Positions 1 through 9,376 of a stretch of DNA of 64,000 nucleotides are shown piece after piece. The notes below the pieces were generated by a model that made no database searches, was not told the DNA's origin, and saw only the letters and a program-made list of their open reading frames with translations. This stretch comes from Candidatus Nanoarchaeia archaeon (lineage in GTDB: Archaea > Nanobdellota > Nanobdellia > Woesearchaeales > ARS49). The stretch spans positions 55,449 to 119,448 of the forward strand of contig JBGPSD010000002.1 in NCBI GenBank assembly GCA_041489925.1, written 5' to 3'. Both the position numbers and the translations under genes were made by a program. Every line of letters begins with the position of its first letter. Position 1 is the first letter of the stretch.

Positions 1-636
1 TTCCTTCCCAAAGTCCTTCCAGGCAAAGTCAGAGAAGTGCACAAGCGCTGATGCTGAGTCCCACAGCAAAACACTGCCTGCGGTTCTCGCGGGTGATGGA
101 TAAACTATCAGGCTTGGGGGCAGGAGCATTGACGTGAGCATGACTTCTTTGAGTGACTCTTTTGTTATCTGCTCAGGCGCGAGCTTGCCCAGCTGTACGT
201 GCTTTGCGAGGAGCTTTGTGCCGTCAACAATGTCATCCTGGCCATCATATCTCAGGCAGAAATTCACAAAGCAGCGGTCATACTCGCTTGTTGCGGAGAT
301 GACATGCTTTATCGGCTCCAAAGCCCGCTCAGGAAGCTCATACCACTTGCCGAGAACAGAAATCTTCACCTGGTTGTTGTCAAGGAATGTTTCGTGCATA
401 AGCGCGGTGAACAAAGTCACGATTGTGTCAACCTCGTTTTCTGTGTGGCTTGAAGGAAAATGCAGGGTTATCATTGGAATCCTGAGGTTGACAGCAAGAG
501 TCATCAGCTCCATAATGTTCCGCAGGCTAACCTCTGGCGAAACCTGCTCGTTTGAGAAAAGGCTTATTGCGACGTGCGTTGGCAAGGGCTGCGGACTGAG
601 TGAAATCCCGATGCCTTTATCTACCGTCGAATTCAC
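1..636 (-). CDS. Divergent cis-prenyltransferase (UppS family)-like protein, truncated at window edge
   Basis: Not in the ORF track; translated by hand from GTG at 636: PLPTHVAISLF...NQVKISVLGKWYELP...FVNFCLRYDGQDDIVD...PPSLIVY...LLWDSASALVHFSDFAWKDFGKE. Matches the UppS layout but lacks the DGNRR motif. Confidence 0.7.
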   Translation of the reverse strand, partial: MNSTVDKGIGISLSPQPLPTHVAISLFSNEQVSPEVSLRNIMELMTLAVNLRIPMITLHFPSSHTENEVDTIVTLFTALMHETFLDNNQVKISVLGKWYELPERALEPIKHVISATSEYDRCFVNFCLRYDGQDDIVDGTKLLAKHVQLGKLAPEQITKESLKEVMLTSMLLPPSLIVYPSPARTAGSVLLWDSASALVHFSDFAWKDFGKE

Positions 637-689
637 AACTGGTTTTCAATGGGCAAGTATTTATATATGTTCTGAACGAAAAGGGAATC

Positions 690-1532
690 ATGCTTGAGGT
701 TGTGCTTGCAACATTTGCGCTTTTGCTGTTAATTGCAGGAACATATTCTGACATCCGCACCCGCGAGGTTCCTGACTGGGTTAACCTGTCCGGAATTGTT
801 GCGGGTATTGGAATCAGGGCTTTGTACGGCTTCATTGAGCACGACTGGCGCGCGCTTGGCTGGGGACTGCTGGGTTTTGTTGTGTTTTTCGCGCTATCAA
901 TAATTATGTATTACACCGGCCAATGGGGCGGAGGGGACAGCAAGCTCCTTATGGCAATGGGAGCGCTTTTGGGGCTTGAGTTTTCTCGCAACAGCATTGG
1001 TGTGGCATTCCTCGCATGGGTTGTGCTTGCAGGCGCAGGCTATGGGCTTGTGTGGAGCCTTGCCCTTGCCTTGAAGCACTGGCGGGCATTTATTTCAAGG
1101 TTTGCAGCGATGGAGACGCCATTGAGCTGGGTGCGGCTTCCAATGCTCGGCATTCTTGTTTTGGGATTTGCATTTGCAATCGCTACCAATGATGAGCTTC
1201 TTCGCGTCCTGCTTATGATACTCGGATTGCTTATTCCTGTCCTGTTTTACACTGCAATCGGTGTGAAGGCAGTTGAAAACTGCTGCATGTACAAGCTTTT
1301 GCCTGTTGGCCTGCTTACAGAAGGCGACTGGGTTGCGAAAATAGTGAAAGTCAAAGGAAAATACATTTGCGGGCCCAAAGACCTTGGAATAAAAAAAGAG
1401 CAAATCCAGCAGCTGAAAAAACTTCATGTCAAGGAAATTCTTGTCAGGGAGGGTGTTCCATTTGTCCCCTCATTCCTGATAGCATTCCTTTGCGCATTAA
1501 TCTTCGGCAGCCCGCTCGGGTGGTTTTTTTAA
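690..1532 (+). CDS. pibD: Archaeal prepilin/prearchaellin peptidase (A24, PibD/FlaK type)
   Basis: YSDIRTREVPD and GGGDSKLL aspartate motifs, multiple TM helices, C-terminal LTEGDW...GVPFVPSF domain. Confidence 0.9.
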   Translation: MLEVVLATFALLLLIAGTYSDIRTREVPDWVNLSGIVAGIGIRALYGFIEHDWRALGWGLLGFVVFFALSIIMYYTGQWGGGDSKLLMAMGALLGLEFSRNSIGVAFLAWVVLAGAGYGLVWSLALALKHWRAFISRFAAMETPLSWVRLPMLGILVLGFAFAIATNDELLRVLLMILGLLIPVLFYTAIGVKAVENCCMYKLLPVGLLTEGDWVAKIVKVKGKYICGPKDLGIKKEQIQQLKKLHVKEILVREGVPFVPSFLIAFLCALIFGSPLGWFF

Positions 1533-3025
1533 TTCTCTTTTTTCGGCTTGAGGTCAAGCAGGTAATCAACAGTTTGTGAGTCCACTCCCTGCGCAATCCT
1601 TTCAAGCACAATCTTGACTCCTGTCTTATCTTTTTGGTGCGCAAAGTCAAGCAGTGCACTACGAAGCCCACTCTTTGCAATTATTGCTTCTCTCAGCGGG
1701 CTTATCAGGGATTCGTCTTTAAGGCAGACTGCATTGTAGTACGCATATTCAGGATGTTTTTCTTTGGCACACTCAACAAACATCCGCATTCCTTCTGCGT
1801 CATCGTGCTGCGCAAACAAATACCTTGACTCTTCAATGTTGCTGAGCAATTCCTGCCGCAGGCTTCCAATAAGCGAAATGTCTGCAGGGGTTTTATCCTT
1901 AATTTCTATTATCCTGCGGTATGCTGCAATGCCCATCCCACGTTTTGCCAACGCAATTCCAAGCTTTCTTTTGGTATCGTCTTTGCAGTCATCCAAAATA
2001 CTGTCAACTGTTTCTGGCGATTTTTCAATGAATGCCGGCGCTGCTTTTGCCATTATTTGTTTTACATCCTTGTATTTGCCACGGTCATAGCTGCCCTCTT
2101 TCTTATACATTTTCAACAACTCAAGCCCGATATCAAGAAGTTCAGGACCTTCATATTCTGCGTGCGTGAATGCGTCTGCAGCTTCAAAAATTTTGTGTTG
2201 TTCCAATAGCCTTTTTCCTGCAGCAATCATTCCTTCAGTGTCAGTGCACACTCTTGTGCCGGTTCCCTGCCAGCTTTGTTTATACCTTAAGAATTTGCTC
2301 ACTGCGTGTTCAGGCATTTTATTTATCAATTGTTTTCTAATATTCTCAAAGGCAGTCTTGTCCTCTTGTGTTGGGACTTGGATGTTTAATGCAAAATCAT
2401 ATGCCTTTTCAAGATTTGTTTTTGCCAAATGTGCCACTATTGTCCTGTAATCCTGGTCTGTGTCAAGCCTTTTTAGTATTCCAACTGAGTATTCTGTGTC
2501 TTTTTCAATGAATGTTATTGCGTGCTGGCGCAGTCCGTCTGTGTCGTCCAGTTCTCTTAAGCACAGCTGAACAGTTTCTCTGTTAGTCCAGTCTTTTGCA
2601 TATTTGTCTGCAATCTGCCTGAGCAAGTCATTTCTGCCCTCTCCTTTGTACAAATCAAAGGCAACACTAGGGTTTGTTTCCATGGCAAGCTTTGCCACTG
2701 TCTGCATTCCCTGCTCGTCGCCTCTTTCTCTGAGAACATTTATCCCCTTCCCTGTTTTTGCCATGTTTTCAAGAATCTGGTTTCTGACTGTTGAAAAGTC
2801 TCCATTGTACAGCCATCTTGCAAATCCGTGGACCAAAGAATACACAGTTGCAGGGCTGCAGTCTTCTTTGAGCGCTTCATCAACAAATCCTGTGACAAGG
2901 TCTCTTGCATCCTGGTCTTTGATTTTGCCTTGTGCTGTCAGCTGGTTGACTTTATTCTCCAAATCAGAAACACCCACGCGAAATTCAACCATTTGCTTTC
3001 CAAGATTTTCATAGACGCTTGCCAT
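1529..3025 (-). CDS. Hypothetical all-alpha (solenoid-like) protein
   Basis: ~500 aa ORF, charged and helical; visibly more AT-rich than its neighbours; no motif recognised. Confidence 0.7.
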   Translation of the reverse strand: MASVYENLGKQMVEFRVGVSDLENKVNQLTAQGKIKDQDARDLVTGFVDEALKEDCSPATVYSLVHGFARWLYNGDFSTVRNQILENMAKTGKGINVLRERGDEQGMQTVAKLAMETNPSVAFDLYKGEGRNDLLRQIADKYAKDWTNRETVQLCLRELDDTDGLRQHAITFIEKDTEYSVGILKRLDTDQDYRTIVAHLAKTNLEKAYDFALNIQVPTQEDKTAFENIRKQLINKMPEHAVSKFLRYKQSWQGTGTRVCTDTEGMIAAGKRLLEQHKIFEAADAFTHAEYEGPELLDIGLELLKMYKKEGSYDRGKYKDVKQIMAKAAPAFIEKSPETVDSILDDCKDDTKRKLGIALAKRGMGIAAYRRIIEIKDKTPADISLIGSLRQELLSNIEESRYLFAQHDDAEGMRMFVECAKEKHPEYAYYNAVCLKDESLISPLREAIIAKSGLRSALLDFAHQKDKTGVKIVLERIAQGVDSQTVDYLLDLKPKKEN

Positions 3026-3087
3026 ACTGCATCCCCCCACATTATTTAGAAAACAGTATTGTCAGCTAATTATAAAGCTTTGGAGAA

Positions 3088-3603
3088 TTACGGCAGCCTT
3101 TCGAGCTGCTTGAGAAGGTAGTTTTCTCCCTCGTCCTTGATTTCTTCTGCCTTCTTGACTTCTTTTGGCTTTTCCTTTTCTTTCTCAAATATTCCGATGC
3201 TCTTTGACTCTTCCCTGAGCTTGAGCTCGATTGTGCTCATTTCCTCCTCTGACAGCTGCTTTGCCTGCCAGGCAAAGTTCAATCCGTCATTTTCGCGCCT
3301 TGGCATCACATTGAGCAAAAAGTGGTTGACGCTCTGCCCTGCTGCCACGCCATTGTTCGCAATTATGTTTGTGCCTTCTGCGCCAAGTGTTTCAAATACT
3401 GCAATCGAGACCTTGTTTGCCTTGTCAAAGAGCTTTCCGATTATGAAGTCAGGAACCTGCTCAAGAATCGCGGCGTGGATTTTTGGCGCGAGGATTATGT
3501 GCCCTGCGACAGCTGGCTTTGGGGCGAGAAGTATTGCAATCTGCTCGTCCTCGTAGAGCAGTCCTTTTTTCGCCTTGATAAGTTCGCAGATTTCGCAGCC
3601 CAT
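3088..3603 (-). CDS. HIT-family protein, degenerate triad
   Basis: CEIC, LYEDE, GHIILAPKIH, NNGVAAGQSVNHFLLNVMPR. Confidence 0.85.
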   Translation of the reverse strand: MGCEICELIKAKKGLLYEDEQIAILLAPKPAVAGHIILAPKIHAAILEQVPDFIIGKLFDKANKVSIAVFETLGAEGTNIIANNGVAAGQSVNHFLLNVMPRRENDGLNFAWQAKQLSEEEMSTIELKLREESKSIGIFEKEKEKPKEVKKAEEIKDEGENYLLKQLERLP

Positions 3604-3604
3604 T

Positions 3605-4276
3605 TTATCCGCCTGCCAGCAGCTTTGCTATGTCGTCAAGGTTTGCCTTCTTTGGCACTGCTGGTTTGCCTTTTTTGTCAGATGGCTTGTTTGCTTCAGC
3701 CTTTTCAGATTTCTTTTCCGCCTTTGGCTCTGCTTTCTTCTCCGGCTCTTCCTCTTTTGGAGATTGTGATTCCTCTTCTGCCTCAGGCTCGTCAGGAACC
3801 TTCAGCCCGAGAGCTTTTGCAAGCGCCTTCTTGAGAATCTGCTGGGCTTTCTTTGCTTCAGCCTCACTCATTGCCCTTTCAGGAATCGCGAATCCAATCT
3901 GGTCCCCTTCCATCCGCGGGATTACGTGCATCATGAAATGCTGTGCCCTTTGGCCCGCAGTCACCCCATTTGCAACGAAAAGGTTTGTGCCCTGAGCCTT
4001 CAAAGCCCTCAGTTGGGCGTGCGAAACCCCTTTTGCAACCATTCCGATATGCTGAAGCACATCTTCAGGAATCTGGGGCATTATCACGTAATGCTCTTTT
4101 GGGACAATAAGGACGTGGCCTGGGTTTGAGGGGTTGATGTCAAGCACGCAGACAACCTTTTCATCCTCATAGATTTTCTTGGATGCAACCCTTCCGGAGG
4201 CGATGTGGCAGAATATGCACTGCTGCTTGGACATTGCCTCAGCCTGCTCTGGTGAAAGATTCTCCTCGTCTGCCAT
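3605..4276 (-). CDS. HIT-family protein with K/E-rich tail, degenerate triad
   Basis: CIFC, LDINPSNPGHVLIVPKEH, ANGVTAGQRAQHFMMHVIPR. Confidence 0.9.
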   Translation of the reverse strand: MADEENLSPEQAEAMSKQQCIFCHIASGRVASKKIYEDEKVVCVLDINPSNPGHVLIVPKEHYVIMPQIPEDVLQHIGMVAKGVSHAQLRALKAQGTNLFVANGVTAGQRAQHFMMHVIPRMEGDQIGFAIPERAMSEAEAKKAQQILKKALAKALGLKVPDEPEAEEESQSPKEEEPEKKAEPKAEKKSEKAEANKPSDKKGKPAVPKKANLDDIAKLLAGG

Positions 4277-4382
4277 ATGCCTTCGGAGTTTTGCGTGGTT
4301 TATATTCTTTACCCCATCTTCCGCTATATTTATAAATGAGTCTTGCTAAAAACTTGTAAAAAGAGGCAAAGAAATGAGTTTC

Positions 4383-4865
4383 ATGTCTGATAAAAGGGGC
4401 ATATCACCGCTTATTGCGACAGTTCTTCTTATTGTCCTCTCTGTCGGAATGGGTGTTGCAGTGATGAGCTGGGGCGAGGAATACATTGAGGCAAAGGCAG
4501 AGTTCGTCCAGGGCGTCCAGGAAACTGTCACAAGCTGCGACCTTGTCCAGATGTCAATCATAAAGATAAGTGGCGTTGAACAGATGTGCCTTGCAGAAAC
4601 CACAGTCAAGGGGCTTATTGACAACGGCCCTGACGCAGATGTCCAGGACATCCACGCGCGCGTACTCGGTGAAAACGGGGTTTATGTTGATGAGAGCATC
4701 CTTGACAAGCCATTAGCGCGAGGCAGCGCAAGCCCTGTCGCATTCTCCGCAGGGGACATTGGCGCAATCAGCCAGATAAAGTTCACTCCAAAGATAATGA
4801 TCGCGGGCAAGCAGGTTGTCTGCTCCAAGCAGGCAATTGTTGCTGAGAACATAAGGAAGTGCTGA
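4383..4865 (+). CDS. Archaeal type IV pilin-like protein
   Basis: Class III signal KRG/ISPLIATVLLIVLSV; TATA-like TTTATAAA near 4329. Confidence 0.85.
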   Translation: MSDKRGISPLIATVLLIVLSVGMGVAVMSWGEEYIEAKAEFVQGVQETVTSCDLVQMSIIKISGVEQMCLAETTVKGLIDNGPDADVQDIHARVLGENGVYVDESILDKPLARGSASPVAFSAGDIGAISQIKFTPKIMIAGKQVVCSKQAIVAENIRKC

Positions 4866-4871
4866 TTTTTT

Positions 4872-5522
4872 CTAGGAGAACACAGACTTGCTCGGGTAAA
4901 TCCAGTTTCTTATCGCGTCCCTGAGGCTCCTGCCAAGTGTTTTCTGCGGCGCGCTGGCTTTGGCTGTCGCAAGCTCCTTTGCGGCAAATCCTGTCGGCGT
5001 GTTGCACTGGTTGAGCCTGCAGCCGTCGCCTTTCAGGTTCTTGTTGATGTAATGGAAAGAGTTGCCTTCTGCTTTTACCAGTTGAACTGGGGTTTTTATG
5101 CTGATGTCATAGCTGTTTTCAACCACAACCGCCGTGGAGTTCATGACCTTCAGCCCTATCTGGTTGTGGATGAAGTTTGCATTTATTACTGTAATCTGCT
5201 TTGAGTTCTTGATGAGCATTCCAATGTCATAGTTTGCAATCTGGCAGTTCTTTATCGTGACATTTTTGCGGTCTATTATGACAAGCCCTGAATTCTGGTA
5301 TGCACCGTGCAAAACGCTTGTGCCACAGTCAAACACTATGTTGTCCATTGTGATGTTAAGCCCCTGCGGATAATTGTGGGGGTAATAATTGTCTGCGCAG
5401 AGAAGCATTGACTGGTCAATCCTTGGCGGGTCAATCTCGCGCGTGCAAGTCCTGCTGGCGGCGAAAACAGAGGGCAAAAGCAGGCATAATACGATAAGAA
5501 CTGCAAAAACCCGTGACGACAT
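4872..5522 (-). CDS. Secreted parallel beta-helix (NosD/pectin-lyase-like) protein
   Basis: Signal peptide; NVTIKNCQI, YDIGMLI and NQIGLKV beta-helix repeats; paralog of the next gene. Confidence 0.75.
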   Translation of the reverse strand: MSSRVFAVLIVLCLLLPSVFAASRTCTREIDPPRIDQSMLLCADNYYPHNYPQGLNITMDNIVFDCGTSVLHGAYQNSGLVIIDRKNVTIKNCQIANYDIGMLIKNSKQITVINANFIHNQIGLKVMNSTAVVVENSYDISIKTPVQLVKAEGNSFHYINKNLKGDGCRLNQCNTPTGFAAKELATAKASAPQKTLGRSLRDAIRNWIYPSKSVFS

Positions 5523-5581
5523 GCTCACCACTACTTTTTGTGTCGCTTTCTCTTGTACCTACTATATAATAGTTTCGAGAA

Positions 5582-6427
5582 CTAGCCGTGCTCGTAGTGG
5601 TGGTGCTGGAAGAGCAAAAAGCCCATTATGTAGCAGATTGTGCACAAAAGCACCATTGTCCAGAATCTTGCCTTGTCAGGGAGCTGGCCCATGAATGACT
5701 TTGAGAATGCCCCTGTTGACATTATCGGCTTGCTGCTGGCAGGCTTTGGCTTGGTTGTGAGGTTTAGCATTGCAGGAGCAGGCTTTTCCGGTACTGCCTC
5801 TGGTGCTTTCTGCTCAACAACGGGCTCTTCAGGCGGTGCAGGGCAGTCATTGTCATTCTTGTAATTGCAGCTTGGCGAGCAGTAAAAGTCATCGTTCTCG
5901 CAGGGATTCATCGGCCCTGCGCTGTTGCACAGGTTTACGTCGCAGAAATCCTTGTCAAGGTCCTTGTTGATAAGCCAGAATGAGTTGAATTTTGATGAGA
6001 GTGCGCTGACCGGCTTCAGAAGGCTCTTGTCTGCATTGTTTTCAAAGCGGTTTTCAAATGAGCTGAGCATCCTGACCCCAATCCTGTTTTTCAGAAGGGC
6101 ATTCTGCACGATTGTGTTGCGGTTTCCGTCCTTTACGTAAACTCCGACATCATAGTTCAGGAGGTTGCAGTTCTTGACAGTGACGCCGTCTGCGTGGTCA
6201 ATGATTATTCCCTGGCCGTCCTGCATAGCTTTGCCGATGATTAGCGCGCCATTGCAGTCAAGCGTGACATTGTCTGTCTTTATTGTTATCCCGCTTGGAA
6301 CATCATATGCCTTGTTGCACAGCATTATGTCCTTGTTTACCTGCATAAGGTCAAATGCAGCCTCGCATTGTGCGAGCGCTGAAGGCACCAGCACAAGAAT
6401 TGCCAGAAGCAAAAGCGCAAATCTCAT
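5582..6427 (-). CDS. Membrane-anchored parallel beta-helix protein
   Basis: Signal peptide; DNVTLDCNGA, GVTVKNCNL, NRIGVRM; Cys-rich motif, Pro-rich linker, C-terminal TM. Confidence 0.8.
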   Translation of the reverse strand: MRFALLLLAILVLVPSALAQCEAAFDLMQVNKDIMLCNKAYDVPSGITIKTDNVTLDCNGALIIGKAMQDGQGIIIDHADGVTVKNCNLLNYDVGVYVKDGNRNTIVQNALLKNRIGVRMLSSFENRFENNADKSLLKPVSALSSKFNSFWLINKDLDKDFCDVNLCNSAGPMNPCENDDFYCSPSCNYKNDNDCPAPPEEPVVEQKAPEAVPEKPAPAMLNLTTKPKPASSKPIMSTGAFSKSFMGQLPDKARFWTMVLLCTICYIMGFLLFQHHHYEHG

Positions 6428-6639
6428 GAGTACCTCTTGCTCTCGACAAAAACAACAAGTGTGGGCAGGTAAATCAGCAGCAGCACGAAGATGATGATGA
6501 ATGTGAGGGTGTTGAACTGCCCCTCAAGGACTCTTAGTATTGCATAAGCGAATGGAAGCGCAAGCAGTGGCTCCAAAAACTCGCTGTACTTGTACTTCTT
6601 GTGCCACAAATGGCTGAAAAATCCCCTTTTTTCTTCCAT
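6424..6639 (-). CDS. Small membrane protein
   Basis: 71 aa, two hydrophobic segments, ATGA overlap with the next gene. Confidence 0.65.
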   Translation of the reverse strand: MEEKRGFFSHLWHKKYKYSEFLEPLLALPFAYAILRVLEGQFNTLTFIIIFVLLLIYLPTLVVFVESKRYS

Positions 6640-6677
6640 AGGCGGGAAATATCAATCAGAGGATAAAAATATTGTGG

Positions 6678-7487
6678 TTAGATTTGGAAGAAATCAAGGT
6701 AGTCTGCTTTTTCCATCACTGTCTTGCCCTCAGTTACCTCAACGCGCAATGGCATTCCTGTCTGCTCATCAGCCCACATTTTTGTCTTGCGGTTGGAGTT
6801 CTGCAGGTCAGTAAAGCTGTAAAGTATCGCTGTGCGCTTGGCTATGTGGCTACCGGGCAGTATTTCCGCAGGTGTCCTGTAAAGGAATTCCTCAAGCCAT
6901 TTTATCGGCATCTTGAATCCGAAAGTGTCAAATGAAACATCAAAATCAACCCCGATGATGTCATCGCAGGGTGTGTTTTCCTTTTCTTTAACCAGATTTT
7001 CAGGCGGAATGCATTGCCCAATTGCAGTCTTGTTGGCCATGTCAAGCAGGACTGTGTTGACAAACACTTTCATCTTTCTTCCATTCACTGTCTGGTCGCC
7101 GAGAGGGTAATAGTATGTGAGCCTGCGGGCAATGCTGCCATTTGCAACAACAACCTCATCACCCTTGTAATAGAACCTGTAGTTTTTGACACTGCTCGCA
7201 TTCGCGTAAACCGCGTTCATTATCGTTGGCTTGTACCTTCCTGACTTGTTGGCTGTTGCCTGCGCTTTCAGTGCGGCTTCCTCGTATTCTTTCTGCTCCT
7301 GCGTTTGTATCTCCACTGACAGGTCAATAGTGTCGCAGGCTCCGTTCGCATTCAAATCCCTGCAGCATCCGCCATCAGATGGTATTTCAGGCCATTTGCA
7401 CTGCGAAACAGGCAGGGGCTGGTTTTGCTGGGTTGTCGCGCAGCCCGCAAGAATCAATAATGCAAGCAAAAGAAGTGCCTTTTTCAT
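6678..7487 (-). CDS. Putative lipoprotein
   Basis: MKKALLLLALLILAG/C lipobox; CCRDLNANGACD motif; C-terminal MWADEQTGMPLRVE resembles LolA-like folds. Confidence 0.75.
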   Translation of the reverse strand: MKKALLLLALLILAGCATTQQNQPLPVSQCKWPEIPSDGGCCRDLNANGACDTIDLSVEIQTQEQKEYEEAALKAQATANKSGRYKPTIMNAVYANASSVKNYRFYYKGDEVVVANGSIARRLTYYYPLGDQTVNGRKMKVFVNTVLLDMANKTAIGQCIPPENLVKEKENTPCDDIIGVDFDVSFDTFGFKMPIKWLEEFLYRTPAEILPGSHIAKRTAILYSFTDLQNSNRKTKMWADEQTGMPLRVEVTEGKTVMEKADYLDFFQI

Positions 7488-7498
7488 TTTTTGCCTTA

Positions 7499-7885
7499 CT
7501 AGCCAAGGTAATGTTGCGCGCCGGTATATTCCCCGGCATAGCCCCAAGGCGGCTGTCCGAACTGGATTGCACAGTTTTCAAAGCAGGCCTTTGTTTCAGG
7601 CCGCGCGCTTGACAGGTTGAATGCTTTTACCCTTTCATTCGCCAGGCATTCCCACCTGCAGTCCCCGTAATCGCCTTTCTGCGTTACAATGACTGAATTT
7701 GTGAGCCCGTGCCAGTAATCGTTAAGTGTCCCTCTCTGGGTTGTTTCAGGGTCATAGATGTACGGCCTTGGCGCCATTCCTGTGGCTCCGCTGCTTACAG
7801 AAACAAAAATCATTCCGCCAAGCGCTATAAGCGCCACAGCCAGAAAGAGTGCAAACTCAGCGCCTCCTCTTTTTCCTTTTATCAT
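7499..7885 (-). CDS. Small protein with possible class III signal peptide
   Basis: KGKRG/GAEFALFLAVAL, then TM, ATGMA and two CxxxC motifs. Confidence 0.65.
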   Translation of the reverse strand: MIKGKRGGAEFALFLAVALIALGGMIFVSVSSGATGMAPRPYIYDPETTQRGTLNDYWHGLTNSVIVTQKGDYGDCRWECLANERVKAFNLSSARPETKACFENCAIQFGQPPWGYAGEYTGAQHYLG

Positions 7886-7928
7886 TGTCATTGCGGCGGT
7901 TTTTGTGTATTTAAATGCTTCGCAAGAA

Positions 7929-8147
7929 TCACTTCATCCTTCTTCTGAGCTTGGTCAGCTGTTCGTATTCCTGCTTTGTTGCATTGCCTGCCTTGCATTT
8001 CTCTTCCAGCAGAGCAAGCTCATCGCGGTATCCTCTCTTTAACTTGTCCATTGTCCTTCTGTCAGTTGGCATGTTTACCTCCTCTAATAAGCCTCCGACG
8101 GGAGTTGCACCCGCGACCTCAGCCTTTTTGCTGCGATTGCATACCAA
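7929..8147 (-). CDS. Small hypothetical protein
   Basis: 72 aa ORF filling the gap between co-oriented genes. Confidence 0.45.
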   Translation of the reverse strand: MVCNRSKKAEVAGATPVGGLLEEVNMPTDRRTMDKLKRGYRDELALLEEKCKAGNATKQEYEQLTKLRRRMK

Positions 8148-8220
8148 GGCTGCGCAATAGCTACTATGCTACGGAGGCATTGAAAGAAAGACGATATGGA
8201 CATTATTTAAAGATTGTTAT

Positions 8221-8757
8221 TTATTTTTGAGGTGCAAGGACATGCCTGTACAGCTCTTTTGCATTTCCTGTTGCAGGGTCTTTGCCGAATATGATGTAGT
8301 GATAAGTTCCGGATGACGGGACCGGGCTTGGAAATGTTGTTTCTGCGCTGCTCGCGTGTTTTTCAACAGGGAACGGCGCAGAATATCTCAGTTCAGGAAT
8401 GGTTATTGTCACAGGCGCGTATTTTGCCCACTCTTCAATCATCATTGTGTCGATCGTGATTTTCATTCCAGTCCACTCATCTTTAGGCGAGCGATAGAGC
8501 TGAAAGTCCATATACGGAATGCGCTTGGCAATTGTTGTTGGTGCTTGAGTACTTGTTTCCCCCTGCTGCCTCCTGTTCTGCGCAGGGGTGCTGTCATATG
8601 TATTTTTGCCTGAGAGAAGAAAGCCGGCAGTGCCTATTGCTATGACTCCGATTGTCCCCCATAAGCCAAGTCGGTGCTCTTTGACTGTCCGCACCAAGCC
8701 GCTTGGCTGTTTCTCTTCAGGTGTAACGCGCGGGTGCGTGTAATCATCAATTGCCAT
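8221..8757 (-). CDS. Single-pass membrane protein
   Basis: 178 aa, one TM, beta-rich C-terminus; GGGGG SD-like sequence upstream. Confidence 0.7.
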   Translation of the reverse strand: MAIDDYTHPRVTPEEKQPSGLVRTVKEHRLGLWGTIGVIAIGTAGFLLSGKNTYDSTPAQNRRQQGETSTQAPTTIAKRIPYMDFQLYRSPKDEWTGMKITIDTMMIEEWAKYAPVTITIPELRYSAPFPVEKHASSAETTFPSPVPSSGTYHYIIFGKDPATGNAKELYRHVLAPQK

Positions 8758-8792
8758 AACTGCCCCCTATTGCATGGTCTTTTTAAAATTAG

Positions 8793-8921
8793 TGCCCGGG
8801 GCCGGAGTCGAACCGGCGAACCCCTACGGGACTGGATTTCTCCAGCGAACCGCCCTGTTTTTTGTTGTGAGGGCGGCGGACATCTTAAGTCCAGCGCGTT
8901 TGGCCACTTCGCTACCCGGGC
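8793..8921 (-). tRNA. tRNA-Leu(UAA) with 46-nt intron at 37/38 (intron 8838..8883)
   Basis: GCCCGGG acceptor stem, AGTGGCCAAAC D-loop, CTGGA-CTTAAG-[intron]-A-TCCAG anticodon arm, variable arm, GGTTCGACTCC; no encoded CCA. Confidence 0.93.
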
Positions 8922-8960
8922 AGTCTCAAATAGAATTAGGGGCTTTAAAAATGATTTGTT

Positions 8961-9296
8961 TTAACGCAGTATTTTTCTCAGCTTTGCCAGCTCGCGGTTG
9001 ATTTCCGCAAGGCTCCTGTGCTCTTGGGCAGGCATTTGCTGGGCTTTCTGCGGCGGTACTGGTGTCCTGTTGAAATCGTGTGCAATTACAAAAATCACTG
9101 CAACAAGCAGCCCCATCAGCAGCCCGACTGCTGTGAGGAACGGCTTCAAGTCCCCGACTCCCTGCGCGGTTATGCTCTGGTTGCCTGTCGCAAGCCCTGT
9201 CGGAGTGCTGAACCGCAGGACAGCGAGCGTCACCATGAAAAGCATCAGGAAAAGAACAAGGTGGCTCCACGCGTGAAATCTTTCTGAGTCACTCAT
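8961..9296 (-). CDS. Small two-TM membrane protein
   Basis: 111 aa; TM, TPTGLAT, TM, basic helical tail. Confidence 0.7.
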   Translation of the reverse strand: MSDSERFHAWSHLVLFLMLFMVTLAVLRFSTPTGLATGNQSITAQGVGDLKPFLTAVGLLMGLLVAVIFVIAHDFNRTPVPPQKAQQMPAQEHRSLAEINRELAKLRKILR

Positions 9297-9376
9297 ACAC
9301 CCAAAGCAGGGGAACAGGTATATAAAAGTAACTTTTGTGGAAAAGCATTTATACTACCCATCATTCTATGTTCTTC

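Noticed and set aside
134..697. Plus-strand 187-aa ORF and the many other antisense ORFs (e.g. 22266..23018, 10621..11331, 37992..38678)
   Set aside because: Shadows of recognisable genes on the opposite strand, with no motifs of their own.
4383..4865. Archaellin
   Set aside because: No archaellum operon nearby; the N-terminus fits generic archaeal pilins.
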